In this document: positions 48,313 through 62,444 of the stretch, one piece after another
Layout of the letters: each line of letters begins with the position of its first letter
Position numbering within the stretch: position 1 is the stretch's first letter
Source of the DNA: Octopus vulgaris
Lineage: Eukaryota
Length of the DNA stretch: 64,000 nt
NCBI GenBank assembly: GCA_951406725.2
Contig: OX597816.1
Span: forward strand, 54,746,001 to 54,810,000
Direction: 5' to 3'
Notes under the pieces: generated by a model
Seen by the model: only the letters and a program-made list of their open reading frames with translations
The model's database searches: none
Told to the model about the DNA's origin: nothing
Position numbers and translations under genes: made by a program

Positions 48313-49320
48313 TTGACTGTGCAACATCTGTAACAGAGTAGACGAAACCATTGCCCATATCACGAACGAATGAACTAGACTTTCCCAAGGCCATTACAAG
48401 TTGTGGCGACATGATAAGTATCGAAAGTGCTACATTGGACACTGTGCGGAAAGTGGGGCTTAGAGAGAGGCAAGACGTGGTATGAGCACAAACCACAGAG
48501 AGTGGCAGAGTCGGAGACTTGCAAACTGTGTGCTGCAAATGATAAACAACTGGAAACATCACTACAGACAGGGCATGGATATGCCAAAAAAAAAAATAAG
48601 CATGAAATTCGGCTTAGAAAGAACATATCAAAGCAACTCTGAACAAAGAAAAACTAATTAAGAGAAACAACACATTAGATAAATAAAATGAAATAAAAAA
48701 AAAAAATTGACCAGACCCAGACATACAAATAGTTAGGAACCAATGAGCCAAATACGGTACAAGACACACAAATGAAAGAGAAGATAAGAAAGAAATACGA
48801 TTGACGAGTTAGATTAATACGTTAGACAAAGTCCAATATGAAAAACATGATAATAAGTATGAGCACAGTAGCTGTCCCAGTCATATGTTACAGTTACAAT
48901 ATTCTTAACTGGACTCTAAATGAGCTAATCAAACTAGACAGGAAAACAAGAAAAATGTTAGCAGAATTTAGGCTGCACTCCCCACTTGAAGGTGTAGAAG
49001 GCTTATACGACTAGAAAACGGCTATAAAACAACCAGCATAGGGCTACAGAAATGCCTAATTCAAAAGCAAGAAATACCGGTACAAATGGCCACAAAATAT
49101 GAGTAAAACAAAAAAAACTGGGGGTATACAAGAAAGGGGTCAAAATACCTGACAACTATGAAGTAAAAGAGGAAACAGCAAAAACTGTGGAACAACTGAA
49201 ATGCAAACTATAACTAGAACAATACCATGATAACGGGATGGCAAGAAATGACCTTTCATGGCAAATCCTGGGATAAGCTAAACAGAAAAGAAATAGACAA
49301 AGTAAATTCCCACAAGGAAA
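48313..49320 (+). mobile_element. R4/Dong-type LINE fragments (zinc knuckle, then RT C-terminal region)
   Basis: C.NRVDETIAHI, RHDK..VLHWTLCGKWGL...WYEHKPQRVAES; AVPVICYSYNILNWTLNELIKLDRKTRK. Confidence 0.65.
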
Positions 49321-49896
49321 ATAATAAAAAACATCAGGAAAGTGGGTGTAAATAGAATGCGTATATGAAGTATATTTAAAGATCAATGAAAATGCTGCTT
49401 TAGAAGAAACAATTATGTTCTTGATTTACTGTTCGAAGAATACTGTTGAATAAAGGTAAGTACCCTTTGGATAGAAGTAAGCTGCCAGAAGTCAGAACGA
49501 CCATGATCTAGTTCCGAGTCTTGGTTGAAAACACAGAGAATTTGAAGCCGAGAAGAATTAAAACGAAAATTTCTGAATTTATTTGTATATTAACATATAA
49601 CAATATATTTATGTTTCGGTGCTATGACTATTTACCAGATGTTAATTACCGAAAATTTGAGAACAAGACTATACTAGTTCGACCTTTAATTGAACAAAGC
49701 CAATATATTTACCCTCGACAGCAGGTAATTAAAAACACCCATAGAAAATCAAACAAAAGCCTAAGGAGCGAAGTGGAAGGTTATATTAAAACAGTGAATT
49801 TTTAAGGAAAGAGAAAACACGAGCAGAGAAAGAAAACTCATGTTTGGCGGTTTAAACAGGAAAATGATTGGCGTTGTGAAACTTGTGTATACGTGG

Positions 49897-50040
49897 GGAG
49901 GGAGGGAGAGAGAGAGAGAAAAAGGAAGAGAGAGAGAGAGAGAGAGAGAGAGTGAGGAGAGAGAGAGAGTGAGGAGAGAGAGAGAGTGAGGAGAGAGAGA
50001 GAGTGAGGAGAGAGAGAGAGTGAGTGAGAGAGAGAAGTGA
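49897..50040. repeat. (GA)n-derived purine tract
   Basis: Direct reading. Confidence 0.9.
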
Positions 50041-52590
50041 GCAGTAATGGTGCGAAGTGTGGTTATTTAACGAAGCAGAAAACACAGCTTGATCAACCAA
50101 GACTTCTGCCAGCATTTCACCTCATTTCACTTCAAAGGTTCCATAAAATAAAAAATAGTTTGTCGACAGCAACAGCCATAACATCGATGACAACAATAAT
50201 GTAAAGAAGAAGAAGAACAGCAATAACAGCAACAGCAATAGCAAGGATGAACAAAAGCAGGACGACGACTATGATGACAATGACAATATCTTACAAGAGC
50301 AACTGGAATAGCGACATCAACAACGGCTACAAGAATATCAATAGAAACAAAAAAAAAAACAATAAATGCAAGAACAACGGTAAAAAATTTAATTGTAAAA
50401 AAAGAAGAAAACAAAAACAACTTTAATTTAAACAGCAACAACAACTGCAACACTGAAACTGATCTATAACAACAATATTGGACAAAAATTCTTCTTTATA
50501 ATGTTGATGGTGATTATTGTGGTGGTGGCGGCTGGTGGTGATGATGGTAGTGGTGGCGATCTACACTGCAACGAAAAACAAATTAGATGCCAGTAAGAAG
50601 CAGCAGTTGATGAGTGAAGATGCAGTGAAAGAAGTGGAAGTAGGAGAGATGTAGGGAGGTGTATTGCAAGAAAGATCATTTTGATTGTTTTGTTTTTTGT
50701 CTAAGAAATTAATGAAATATGAAATAAAAAGATTCTATTTTCCTATGAGCAGAGCAGGTGTGATTTGAGTGCGGTGAGACCTTTGGCATTAAGGCATTTG
50801 ACCTCTTGGCCACAGGTCATTTCGTCTAAAATGTGATGTATTGCGGTCTCATTACTCATGTATTCATATTTGCACATCCGGCAACCCCGATCGCTTACCG
50901 TAAAATATAAAAAGAACTATTTTTTTAAGCTTATCGTAGTTTGATACGAAAAACATCCACAATCTTTCGTCTCAGTAAATCACTATTGTCCCTGAAAGTT
51001 TTTTTTTTATATATTTACTATTGATTTCTTAAAGCTAGCTTTCTCCACACACTTCAATCCTTGGATTTGATATATATATATATATAGTTAATACACAACT
51101 AGACTCAACACTACCAAAAGTATATGAATATCCGAACATGTTATGTGACACTCACTCCATCTAGTCTTCTGTCACAATATAATATTCTTCTGATGTATTA
51201 TTGTTCAAGTTATTTTCTGTAATTGTTTTGTCTCTTGTTTTTGTGCTTCCTTTCAAATTCTACAATTTGCATTCAGCAGCAGAATTTTCAAAAGAGGATT
51301 CTATATTAAGAATCGAACCATTTCTTGTTAAATATGATTGTACTTTCAGTTAGATTTGACCCATTTTATGGTGCCACTAAAGTCATCTTTCACTGATCTA
51401 TCTTCTCCCAGATTAAATCCGTGCATCAATTAATCGTAGATTATAAGAACGAAATAGGAACTATCTCGATAAAACAGGTTTATATATCCAGTTGTTGATT
51501 TTACAGATTCTTTGGTATAATTAAGTTTATCTCACTCACAGACTTTACATTCCGGCGGCTCTAAATCTCGTTAATTTTATTCAACGACTTTATTTGGTCG
51601 GGCCTTGAAGCGTGATAATACATTTAAGTAAGTGTTTAGTTAGTTCTGAAAAATTCCTATCCGTGGACATGAATAATAACTTATCGTTAACATTTGATAT
51701 ATTTAACGAATTGCTCTCAGCGTGGTCTAGTTTTGTCATCATGAATATAAAATTTTGTTTCTTCAACAAGAACAAAAAATTGTTGATCACAACTCGCCGC
51801 TGAAATATTTTTAGCAAGTTTGGATTCATGTGGATACCAATATCGTGAGGCTGTTGATTGAAGATATTGTATCTCTCAGGAGTTTATACTGTTTGTCAAG
51901 TCACAGCAAGGACCTCACAAAAAGAACCACAAACAAGGTCTTCAGACACTGGGGTACAATTATACAAAGCCATTTGATAAATAATAAATTTATCAAGAGT
52001 AAACATGCTAGCCACTTGATAGAATCATTAAATAGTTTTATCCTTCATTAATTAATTAATTATATATATATAAATAAATATGTATAATTTATTCCTGATC
52101 AATTTGATATTTACCGCGGTATTTATTTTGATCGAAAAAGCACGTGGTTTGTTGTAATGAAATTGGATTTGGAAAAATCCATACATGTGGATGTATTTAT
52201 ATGTTCGTATGGATACTAGTTTGTTCATATGGTATGTATAGACATCAAAATATATATTTTTTGGCGTACCATACTAATGACAGCACGGGGAATTTGCTTC
52301 CCTTAGCCAGAAATCGATCATCGATCTATGGGTAACCTTTCTTTTGATATATTATTGATTCACTTGCCCGCTTTCAACCTGTACTAACAGAATAAAATAA
52401 TAAGTGGTTTATAGAGCTTTTAATGTCTATTTCAAGCGTGTTCGTGCGTGTCTACGCATAGCCTTGTGCTAGAATTATATCTTATATAATTATATTTCAG
52501 CATAAATATTTTCCTAAATGGAGTTGACATGCTAACCACTTGATAGAATCATTTAGTAGTTTTTACCTTTATTAATTAATTGATTAATTT

Positions 52591-52668
<78 letters not shown>

Positions 52669-52699
52669 TATATATATGTATATATATACACATACACAC

Positions 52700-54900
52700 G
52701 TAGATTTACTTCGGTGCTATGAAAAAGCCAGAGATGACCCTTCAATGGGATATAAGAAGCAGTTAAAATAATACTCGGACAAAGCTACAAGTCCAATCTG
52801 TGGGCGGAACAGTAAAAATATGCAAGACTTTTCTCAATTTCCAAATGTGAATTTGTCTGTGTTAACTACATTCTAAAGATGGAGCCTTGTATCCTTGTTG
52901 GCAACTGTAGTTTTTAAGTTCTGCTCTGCTTCCTCCTTTATGGATGGGGCATATTATTCTTTCATTTAGTGTGTCCGTGAGCTTATTATTTGCATCGAAG
53001 CACTGAAAAAGTGGCTGCAATGGTTTTACAAGGACTCGTTTGCTTGACTTGAGGAGGATTGCTGGAAATCAGTCAGGTCCAGCAGCTGAACATGCATCTA
53101 TATCATCTATTTCCAGCATTACATCCTTTTCTTCGATGTTAATGTAATCAGTTGTTACTACATCCCGTTCAACTCCTGTGGCGGTAAAGAACTCTTCAAG
53201 TTTGCTAATTTGCATGCGCCGCAGGGGTTGGGGCGAATACATTTTTGAGCTGTCTACTCAGTATTTCACTCATACTCACTGGGTTGCTCGTAAAGGAGCC
53301 ATCTCTTTGGAGGAGTGACCCTTACCCTGCAATGCGCAGAAACAGTCTCCTTGACTTACCCAAAGAAGGTTTCAAGGTCTGATCTTATATTTCTTATGAC
53401 CCAGTCTTCTCTGTCTGATCTTTCCTTCTCATGGGAGTGCTTCAGCTATTTCTCTGTCTCCAGCAGTGCTGTTTCCAGGCAGGGTTTCTCACAGCCGTTG
53501 AGTTCTCTGTTGAGGTAGCTTGCAATATCTTTTTACGCCGTCTCACAAGAACTTTTCTCTCCCTGAAAATCTTCTTTTTTTTATGTGCAGTGGCCCTTCT
53601 CTCTGGGACAAAATTGTAGCATATGGCTTGTATTACGGATATGAATGTTTTCAATTTCATGTCTATGTCAGGTGTAGAGAGACAGTGGAACAAGTTCCGT
53701 TAAGTGATCTCTTTCTCAACTGTCTTCCAGTCTGCTTTGTGGTAGTTCAGACTGGATAGGTTTTGGATGCTTCTCATAGTCTGCAAGTCTGCGGGTTCCT
53801 TTGATCCATACATGGTCATCTCTATTATGTTATGATCCGAGATTAGTGTCGGTGTCACTTTCACATTATGGATGAGATCCACACTGTTTGTGAAGCAGAT
53901 ATCTAGTATACTGTTTGCCATGGTTTATTGGAGTATTATTTGCTTCATGTATAACTTGGTGAGGTTGAGCAAGGATTCCATCTGACTTTGCTCACATCAC
54001 GTCATTCCTGGAAAGAAAAGGCCATCAGGCCATTCCACATTAGGCAGGTTGAAGTCGCCCCGGAAAAGTACATGGGTGTACTCTTCTAGACTGGTTAAGA
54101 CTTCTTTTATTCTTGCAAGGCAGTCTTCGAATTGGCTCGTGTGATTTGGGTTATCTGGTGGGCGATATGTAGTACATATAACTATGCCAAGTTGTCTTAT
54201 ATGTACAATTCGTGTGTCATACACTGAGTTTGAGTATCACAAAAGGATCTGGGACGTGAGATCTCCATGAATGTACACTGCAACTCCGCCATGGCCTTTG
54301 TCTACACCAAACAACATTCTTTGGTATGTGTATTTCGAGTTTTAGGTGAGTTTCAGTGTGTGTTATGCATAGAGCTTGATTGCATACTGTTAGGTCTCTC
54401 AGGGGGCTAATTTTAGTTCTGTTGCTGAATTGTAACAGTCCTCTTACGTTTATGAAGTATACCGGTGGCAGGGCCATCAGTCTTGGTGTCTTCTTCCTTC
54501 GCAGGTCTTTTAATTCCAGCTTTTGTTTCACATGTGTTCCTCGTGGATCAGTTGGTCCCGGGGAAGATCTGTCACTCACATCAGGGTCTCCATCCTTGAC
54601 AACCTTTATGAGTTCTTGTGCAAAGATGGTGTCAAGTGTGTTAATGATAGGTTTGATGAGGGCATAGGATCGGATGAACTCTTGTTTTTTCCGCTTTATC
54701 TCAGCTGTGGTTCTTATGTAGCCATTGCCTTTAGAGCTATCGTTACATTATTTGGATTGTCTCCTTCTGCTATTTGCACCTTCTCAGTAAGCGATTCAGT
54801 TCAGTACTGAATAAGTCCCGAGACATCTTTAGGCTGCTGTTTCCTTCTGTATATATTTAGAAAAATATTGAGATAGAGAGATAGAAAGAGAGGTGTAAGT
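52700..54900 (-). mobile_element. Decayed CR1/L2-group LINE (same family as 30635-33574) including the ORF1/ORF2 junction
   Basis: FINVRGL, ITHTETHL, IVHIRQLGIVICTTYRPPD, GDFNLPNVEW, ILDICFTN, ISDHNIIE, AAGPD. Confidence 0.88.
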
Positions 54901-55082
54901 TGTATTGATCTATACGTGCGCAGGTGGGAGGGGTTTAAGCTGGAATAAGGTAGGGAGATCTGTGTGGCTTTGAGTACATATCTATAATAATTTTGTAGAC
55001 ATATTCTCATATACACACGTTCTACAAGTAGCTATACAAGGAAAGAGAGAGGAGCGAGAGAGAGACGAAGTGAGAAAGTGCA

Positions 55083-55114
<32 letters not shown>

Positions 55115-55190
55115 TGTATATATATGTGTGCGCGCGTGCTAGAGAAAGAGTGTGAGGGGTGCTACAGGGAGGGAGACAGTATATATATAT

Positions 55191-55440
55191 AATATCAGAG
55201 TATTAAAACATTTTAGAAATGTTTTACTACCAGTGGCCTAGCGTGTAAAAAGGTTGTCAATAGACTATATATTATTCATATAAATACAGTGTAGATTTAA
55301 ACACATAAGAGGTATCTGTCATGGGATTCCTTACACGCTAGAAGGAACAGCTAAAAAATCCAAACCATTATTAGTGATAAACTTCGAAGGGAATGAAAAA
55401 TAAAAACATTTTTCATCTATCTCCTAGACCATGGTTTCCG
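55191..55440. repeat. Structured non-coding fragment related to cassette A, next to (TA)n
   Basis: Shares CCAGYGGCCTAG-stem...GTCA(A)TAGAC...stem-CTAGAA..AACAGCYAAA layout with cassette A. Confidence 0.55.
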
Positions 55441-55454
55441 ACTTTTTTAGCAAA

Positions 55455-55631
55455 TAAAATAATTTGCTAGGCGAAGTTGATTTTAAAACACCTACATCCA
55501 CTTTGTGTAGGTCCCTCAGGCTCTTTGGGAGAATATTAAAAACTGTGGGCCCCTAAAATTCAGACAGTTGTAGTAACTGGTCCTGAAGCGCGATGGCATT
55601 GCTGGGATCTTTGACACTGTGCAGTGTCTAG

Positions 55632-55632
<1 letters not shown>
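55455..55632 (-). mobile_element. CR1/L2-group LINE 3' fragment
   Basis: TRHCTVSKIPAMPSRFRTSYYNCLNFRGPQF, homologous to the C-terminus of the 31133-33493 ORF. Confidence 0.8.
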
Positions 55633-55667
<35 letters not shown>

Positions 55668-57059
55668 CTAGACAGAATATATATATATATATAATTAATG
55701 CCCCCCCCCCCACCGGAAAAAACAAAGAAGAAAAACAAAACAAGAAAAACAACATCGCGAGGACGTGGTAGGTGCAAAGTATTAAAAGACGCTCCAGAAA
55801 CTTCGAAAGCAACCGCGACTACTTCAGCAACAATAGCAACAGCAGCAAGCATGATCAAGGTCTTTTGAATTGAATATGAAGAAATTTGAACAAAGATGAA
55901 CTTCACTACCAAATAACTGTTCATGATTATTACATAAAACAGGCCACACCGACCAGATCTATTGATACGAACAAAGTGAACGATACAAAACTCATTTATT
56001 GACAACGGCAATGGTCAAATGAGATGAGACATTTATTATGAAGATATCGGTCGCATAAGGTAGAACATTTCGAATACATTGGCAAGAAGTACTGGTCAAA
56101 AAAGGTAGAAGTCTACAAGCACGTTTATGGACAATGAAAATAGTAGAAAGAATAAAAAAACCCTCCAAATGTACTGACAAGGCCGATGTTCAGATGAAAT
56201 TGATCTTCCCGGTAACTTGTATTGGTTCGGACATTGTGTGGTGAAAGAGACAAATCTTCGAACAATGTTCATTTGTGATACAGCACTTGTAACAGGATGA
56301 GGACAGAATTTAAATAAGATTCAATGATTTGGGTACATTTATTGACAATGATGAAATAGTTGACTAGTAATACGTTGAACAAGTGAGCATAAACTTGATT
56401 AGTCCAATAATGTGAGGTAGAATTTCCCATAAAAAGGTATGTCAAGCATAATGAAGCTATAATGAAGGACGGAGAAATTATTCGAAACTATCAATTATAG
56501 AATACGTTACACAGCGATACTTTAGCCTCAACTCCAAAGCCACTGAAATAAAAATGGTGAAATCTTTCCATACTGTGTGGCACTACTCTATTAAAATCAC
56601 TATAAATAATAAATTACAGGGCCACCTATATATTAATTAAAGTATAGATTACACTTTATAGGTATAATTAAACAAGACTATAGCTAATTCGGTGATGGAG
56701 TCGGTTATGAGAGACAGACGAAATAAAGCCAAAAGAAGAAAAATAAATATATCTCCCAGAAGAAACAGGAAATTGATTAGTAACAGTTAGGCTGGTTGGT
56801 GGTGAAGGTGCGCTGATATATAATAACTGTCGTCTGTTGGTGCTGTAGATATTTCATCTTTTTTTTTATGATGAAAGACATGACGTGTATATATTTATGT
56901 AGATATGATCACCCTTATGTGTATATATGCATAATACATCGCCATACTGATACTACGTTTATATCAATATGGATATAAGCTAAGTATATGTGTCTATGTT
57001 TCTAACGTTCGTTTCAAAGTGTACACACACACACACACACGTACGCACGCACGCACATC

Positions 57060-57345
57060 GCTTGGGCTAGTAGTTAGAGTGCTGCATTCACGATCGTGAG
57101 ATCATCGGTTCAATTCCTAGACCGGATGGTGCGTTCTGTTCTTGGGCAAAACACTTCATCTCACGTTGCTCTGCGATCCCTTCGACACCTGACGCATGGC
57201 ACACCGTAACACCTGTTCAGATAACGTCGAGTTGATGAAGGGACAGGTGAGCTAATATAGAGTACATTCTTTTGATCACTATAAACAAATCATTTTTGCA
57301 GGTCGTTTGGCAAAAGCTGAACACTCATGCGTCCTCTCCAACTGG
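57060..57345 (+). mobile_element. tRNA-derived SINE (CORE-like)
   Basis: GGCTAGTAGTTAGAGTGC...CGGTTCAATTCC...TTCTTGGGCAAAACACTTCATCTCAC. Confidence 0.7.
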
Positions 57346-57348
57346 ATA

Positions 57349-57443
<95 letters not shown>

Positions 57444-57456
57444 AACCTATCTATCT

Positions 57457-59253
57457 AAACTGGTCGACAAGGCGCAAACATGCGCCGTGCCGGGCCGGAC
57501 CATCCATGACAACCTCCACCTGATGCGCTACATCATAGACAGGGTAGTTAACGAACCTGGCATGGGTGGGGCGCTGATCAATTTGGATCAATCGAAAGCT
57601 TTCGATAGGGTAGACCATCGATACTTGGAGGCGGTCCTCAGAGCGGCTGGCTTCGGTCCCGTCTTCCGCGGCTGGATAGCCGCTTTGTACAGAGGCATCC
57701 GTTCGGTAATTCGCGTGAATGGACATCTATCGAGACCCTTCGACATCGCACGTTCAGTCCGTCAGGGATGCCCCCTCTCATCGCTTCTATACGTATTGAC
57801 TCTCGAGCCATTATTGCGGAAGCTGGCAACTTTGAGGGGCACCCCGCGAGAACTGGGATGCGGGACAAGCGTGTCTGCATACGCGGACGACGTCACCGTC
57901 ATAGTGTCTAGCCACGAGCACATCGAGACACTGAAAAACTACGAAGCGGTGACAGGAGCGAAAATCAACCGGGAAAAGTCAGTGGGCTTGCGACTAGGCA
58001 CCTGGAGAAGCAAGCCCATGCCGTCCACCAGCGCCTCCGTCGTGGGACGCTGGACCGACGGCCCGGTTGAGTTGCTCGGGGTCTGGTTTGGTCCGGACCT
58101 CCAAGTGGAGAAGAACTGGAACGAGATAACGAGTAGGGTGGTCACTCTCGCCCGGCAATGGGCTTAGAGGAAACTGTCCCTAAAAGGTCGGGCGGAGGTA
58201 GCGAACACGTACATCGCGTCCGTCATCTACTACCGCCTGACCGTCGTACCTTGTCCCGACCCTACCATCACCAAACTACAACGCATTCTCTTTCGCTTCT
58301 TCTGGAAAGGATGCGTCCCGATGGTCAGGCGATCCATTTGCTGTCAACACCCGTTAAAAGGAGGGCTGGGCATGCCGTGGTTGATTATGCGCAGACACGC
58401 GCTGAGACTGCGACATCTCAGGCTCTTCGTAGACGACGGTGAACAGGTGTGGTCGCCGTTTGTGAGGCACGCTTTCCCGCAGCTCGTCTCCATGACCGAA
58501 CTGCAGTCGTGGATCAAAAAGAGGCCGAGGAAGGGCGAATGGCACCGCGAGTGTCGCGTTGCTCTCAAGCAACTCTGCCGTCCTGGGTCGACCTTGAGTG
58601 ACTTCAGCACAACCAAAGCATTCTATAGGGGATTAGTGGAGGGGAGGCACGACGACGAGCTCGGGGCGAACCTGGACGTTGACGAGGAGTACCTGACCCG
58701 CCTGTTCAGGACGACTTTCGGGCCAGGGCCCATGGACAACTTCCAGAGATCCCTTGCCTGGCAATGCTACCGAGAAGCGCTACCCGTTCGGGATAAGCTC
58801 TACAGACACGGCTCGAGAAACACGGGGCCGACCTGCCCGAGATGCGGTCAGAGCGACGAAACCGTTCTGCACGCACTCGTGCAGTGTCCAACAATTTCCG
58901 ATCTGTGGGCTTATGTCGAACGACTGCTGTCACGTGTGGGACGTGTCGGTTTATCAGCTGAGTCTATCGTCAATATTGTCACGCCTCCTTCCTTCAAACG
59001 GGAAGGAAGAGCTATTTTCATCATCCTTGTGGCTATGGCGAAAGAATGTATCTGGTGGACGCGTCTGAAAGGATTGGAGACAAACACTTTCCTCTCTGGT
59101 CAATCTCTCATCAACTTCTTCAAGTACCACTTGAAAAGGAAAGTGAGAGTAGAGAGGCAAGTTTTTTCTAGCGAATGTTTTAAAAAAAGATGGGTGAATG
59201 TAGCAAGGATGGCACGTATGAATGACGAAGCCACCTTGAGCATAATCCTATGA
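57457..59253 (+). pseudogene. Tx1/L1 ORF2 RT plus zinc knuckle, single in-frame stop at 58165-58167
   Basis: LDQSKAFDRVDH, SVRQGCPLS, AYADDV, KLSLKGR, GGLGMP, CPRCGQSDETVLHALVQC; both ORF halves are in the same frame. Confidence 0.92.
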
Positions 59254-59709
59254 ACCCAGAAATTGAAAACAGAGGGTTACCCACTTGCAAACAAATGTGG
59301 TAACATATAACAAAATTGACCAAGGTTACCGTGGTCTTTTTCGTAGGCTTTTCTTTCCACGGATAAACCTTACTTGCTTTCCCCTTTACACCATATATCA
59401 TAACACTGTGATACACGATCCCTATTGATCGTTTTTTTTTCCTCTTCCCCTTTGTTTCCCCTTTTTTCTTCTTTTTTCTTTTCTCTTTTCTTTTGTTCCT
59501 TTTCCTTTTCTTTTTTCTTTTTCTTTTTTTCTTTTTTTAATTTTTTTTTGTTCTTTTCTTCCCTTTTACGATCCCTCTTGATCGAAAACCTACGCCACCC
59601 CCCTTTTTTGTTTCTTTTGTTTTTTTGTTTTTTTCATCCCCCAAAAGAAAAGCTCTACCTTGTAACTTGTCCCATCTGTGTGCAGCCCTGTGTGGCCAAT
59701 AAAGAAACT
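57457..59709 (+). mobile_element. L1/Tx1-type LINE, 5'-truncated, in (TCTA)n
   Basis: Flanked by (TCTA)n at 57348-57456 and 59710-59793; T-rich 3' UTR ending AATAAAGAAACT. Confidence 0.92.
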
Positions 59710-59720
59710 TATCTATCTAC

Positions 59721-59790
<70 letters not shown>

Positions 59791-59953
59791 CTATCTCCCT
59801 CCCCCTATATATATATGTGTATATGAATGTATGTTTTTGTACATACACAAACATATGTTTCAGTACTATCTTTAAAATTTTGAGCATTTATTCTCTCCCC
59901 CGCCTCACACACTTTCTGTCTCTTTCTTTCTCACACTCCTCCCCACTCTCTCC

Positions 59954-59985
<32 letters not shown>

Positions 59986-59991
59986 CCTCTC

Positions 59992-60025
<34 letters not shown>

Positions 60026-60410
60026 CCTCTGTATTTTTATGTATAATAACACGCATATACACGTTCACACATACACATATAAAAATAGGACAACAGTATT
60101 GTATTTCGATGTCTATTATGCATGTATGTATGCATATATGTAAGTATGCATATTTGCATATATGCATATGTGTGTATGTGTGTAGTATGTGTGCACAAAC
60201 ACATTTCTCAACACGATCGCTTAAGACGATTAGTTATTTTATTAATGTACGCAACCATTTAAAATAGAAATTTCTTTTTCTCAAAGTTGTTAGCCTTTAT
60301 AACTTAACGAAATGTTTTTACCGATCGTATTGAGATATTCGTGTTTATCTGTCTACATATATGTCCATAGACAGACACAATTCTCATGTTCTTGAGAATT
60401 TAACTATGTG

Positions 60411-60529
<119 letters not shown>

Positions 60530-60677
60530 GGCAGGGGATGAGAGGGAGAGAGGAGGAGAGAAAGAGAGGCTGAACAGAAAGAAAGCATGAAGATTCATGT
60601 TTTTTTCTTCTAATGTAATAAGCTACTTCGTTTAAAAGAGCTAGCTATATAATTTACCTACGTGTTTGTCTATTTAT

Positions 60678-60838
60678 TTCTTTTCTTCCCTTTTACGATC
60701 CCTCTTGATCGAAAACCTACGCCACCCCTTTTTTTTCTGTTTCTTTTGTTTTTTGTTTTTTTCATCCCCCAAAAGATAAGCTCTACCTTGTAATTTGTCC
60801 CATCTGTGTGCAGCCCTGTGTGGCCAATAAAGAAACTT
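60678..60838 (+). mobile_element. Second, very short 3'-end copy of the Tx1-type LINE
   Basis: Near-identical to 59551-59709; again followed by (TATC)n. Confidence 0.9.
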
Positions 60839-61376
60839 ATCTATCTATCAATCTATCTATCTATCTATCAATCTATCTATCTATCTATCTACCTTATCTA
60901 CAACTCCAGAAAATGGAGAAAAGAAGGAAAATCTTACATGCCAGTCGTAAGAAGCTAATGGATTGAGGCGTTGGTATCATTTATTTGATAAAATAGACGG
61001 GATAGCCTAATGCGTTAGCCTGCGTGTCGTGGAGACATCTGAAGAAGTAAAGAATGACAGATAATGACAATAAAAGTGAAATAAAATATTAGAAAGTACG
61101 ATAGGGTGAGTGTTAGCATAGTCAGTAAAAACAAAGATGTGTTCTTTCATATCTATTAAGTTACGGGATCTAAGTTCAGGGAATTGACAATCTTTATGGT
61201 TAACAACAAAGAGCAGAAAAATGTTCTGTGCTTATCTCTGTGTGTTTACGTACTTTTCACTCGTTGGTGATATCCTGTACTTAATGGATTTTTTAAATTA
61301 TATATATATATGTTTTTAGTTTTGTTTATATTGTTACCATAAATAAACAATTGGAAGTAAATAACTATGTACATAA

Positions 61377-61444
<68 letters not shown>

Positions 61445-61848
61445 GTAGGTGTAAACGCATGAACAAAATAAAAATAAACAAAAACAAAAGCAAATTACAC
61501 GAACGTAAATAAACAGCAGATACAAGTATTACAGGCACTTCCCCACTACACACATACACTAACTAAACATAGACACACACACATAGAGGTATACGCATGC
61601 TCAAATGAAGACACATACAATAGGAATACAAAATACAAAATGGCTGACCGTTAGTAAGGAGAGACACACAAATAAGAAAGAAGAAAGCAAAGGACCACTG
61701 ATGAGGTTAAAGAAGAGTGACGAAATAACTCTAGCCGAAATAAGATTGAAATTAATGTAAAAAATAAATAACGCTGAAGCAAAGTAACACCAAATATATA
61801 GTGTGTGTGTTTTTATTGGCTAAACTGGCAAAATGACCATTCCTAAAT

Positions 61849-61898
<50 letters not shown>

Positions 61899-61903
<5 letters not shown>

Positions 61904-61994
61904 AAAGTATAGAAGCCATCTTAACATGGCTAATCATATAGGGGAGGTGCCCTATGTGGTTAGCCATGTTAAGATGGCTTCTATACTTTACATT
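61899..61994. repeat. 45-bp-arm hairpin adjacent to (TA)n
   Basis: Arms 61899-61943 and 61950-61994, 2 mismatches, 6-nt loop. Confidence 0.92.
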
Positions 61995-62038
61995 GTCGAG
62001 CGATTACTGTTTCAATCTCATTCTGAGATTTAATAATG

Positions 62039-62107
<69 letters not shown>

Positions 62108-62159
62108 CTACTTTATTGTCTCACCTTCTTAGCTCTCCTGTGTGACTTCTCTGTCCGGC

Positions 62160-62353
62160 ATTCGCCATGATAAATCGCTAGCCACTACACATTCTTTATT
62201 TTCCCTCCTTGCTTCTTTCTGTGTTCCTTTCTGTGGAAGAGCGTAGGCTCGAAAGCTTAAAGACTTTTTCACTTCCCCAGCGTTAAACTAATACATCTGT
62301 TTGTTGTCTACACCACCTGTCTTCATCTTTTGTTTTGTTTTTTTGTAAATTCT

Positions 62354-62357
<4 letters not shown>
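62160..62357 (+). mobile_element. PLE pLTR-like fragment (family of 9985-10170), degenerate hammerhead at 62227-62262
   Basis: cttt CTGTGGA A GAGC-gtag-GCTC GAAAG CTT aaag; ends in (TA)n. Confidence 0.6.

Positions 62358-62440
<83 letters not shown>

Positions 62441-62444
<4 letters not shown>

Noticed and set aside
51542-51633. Exon-like segment with CAG acceptor and GTAAGT donor
   Set aside because: Stops in all three frames; could only be non-coding or UTR, with no further evidence
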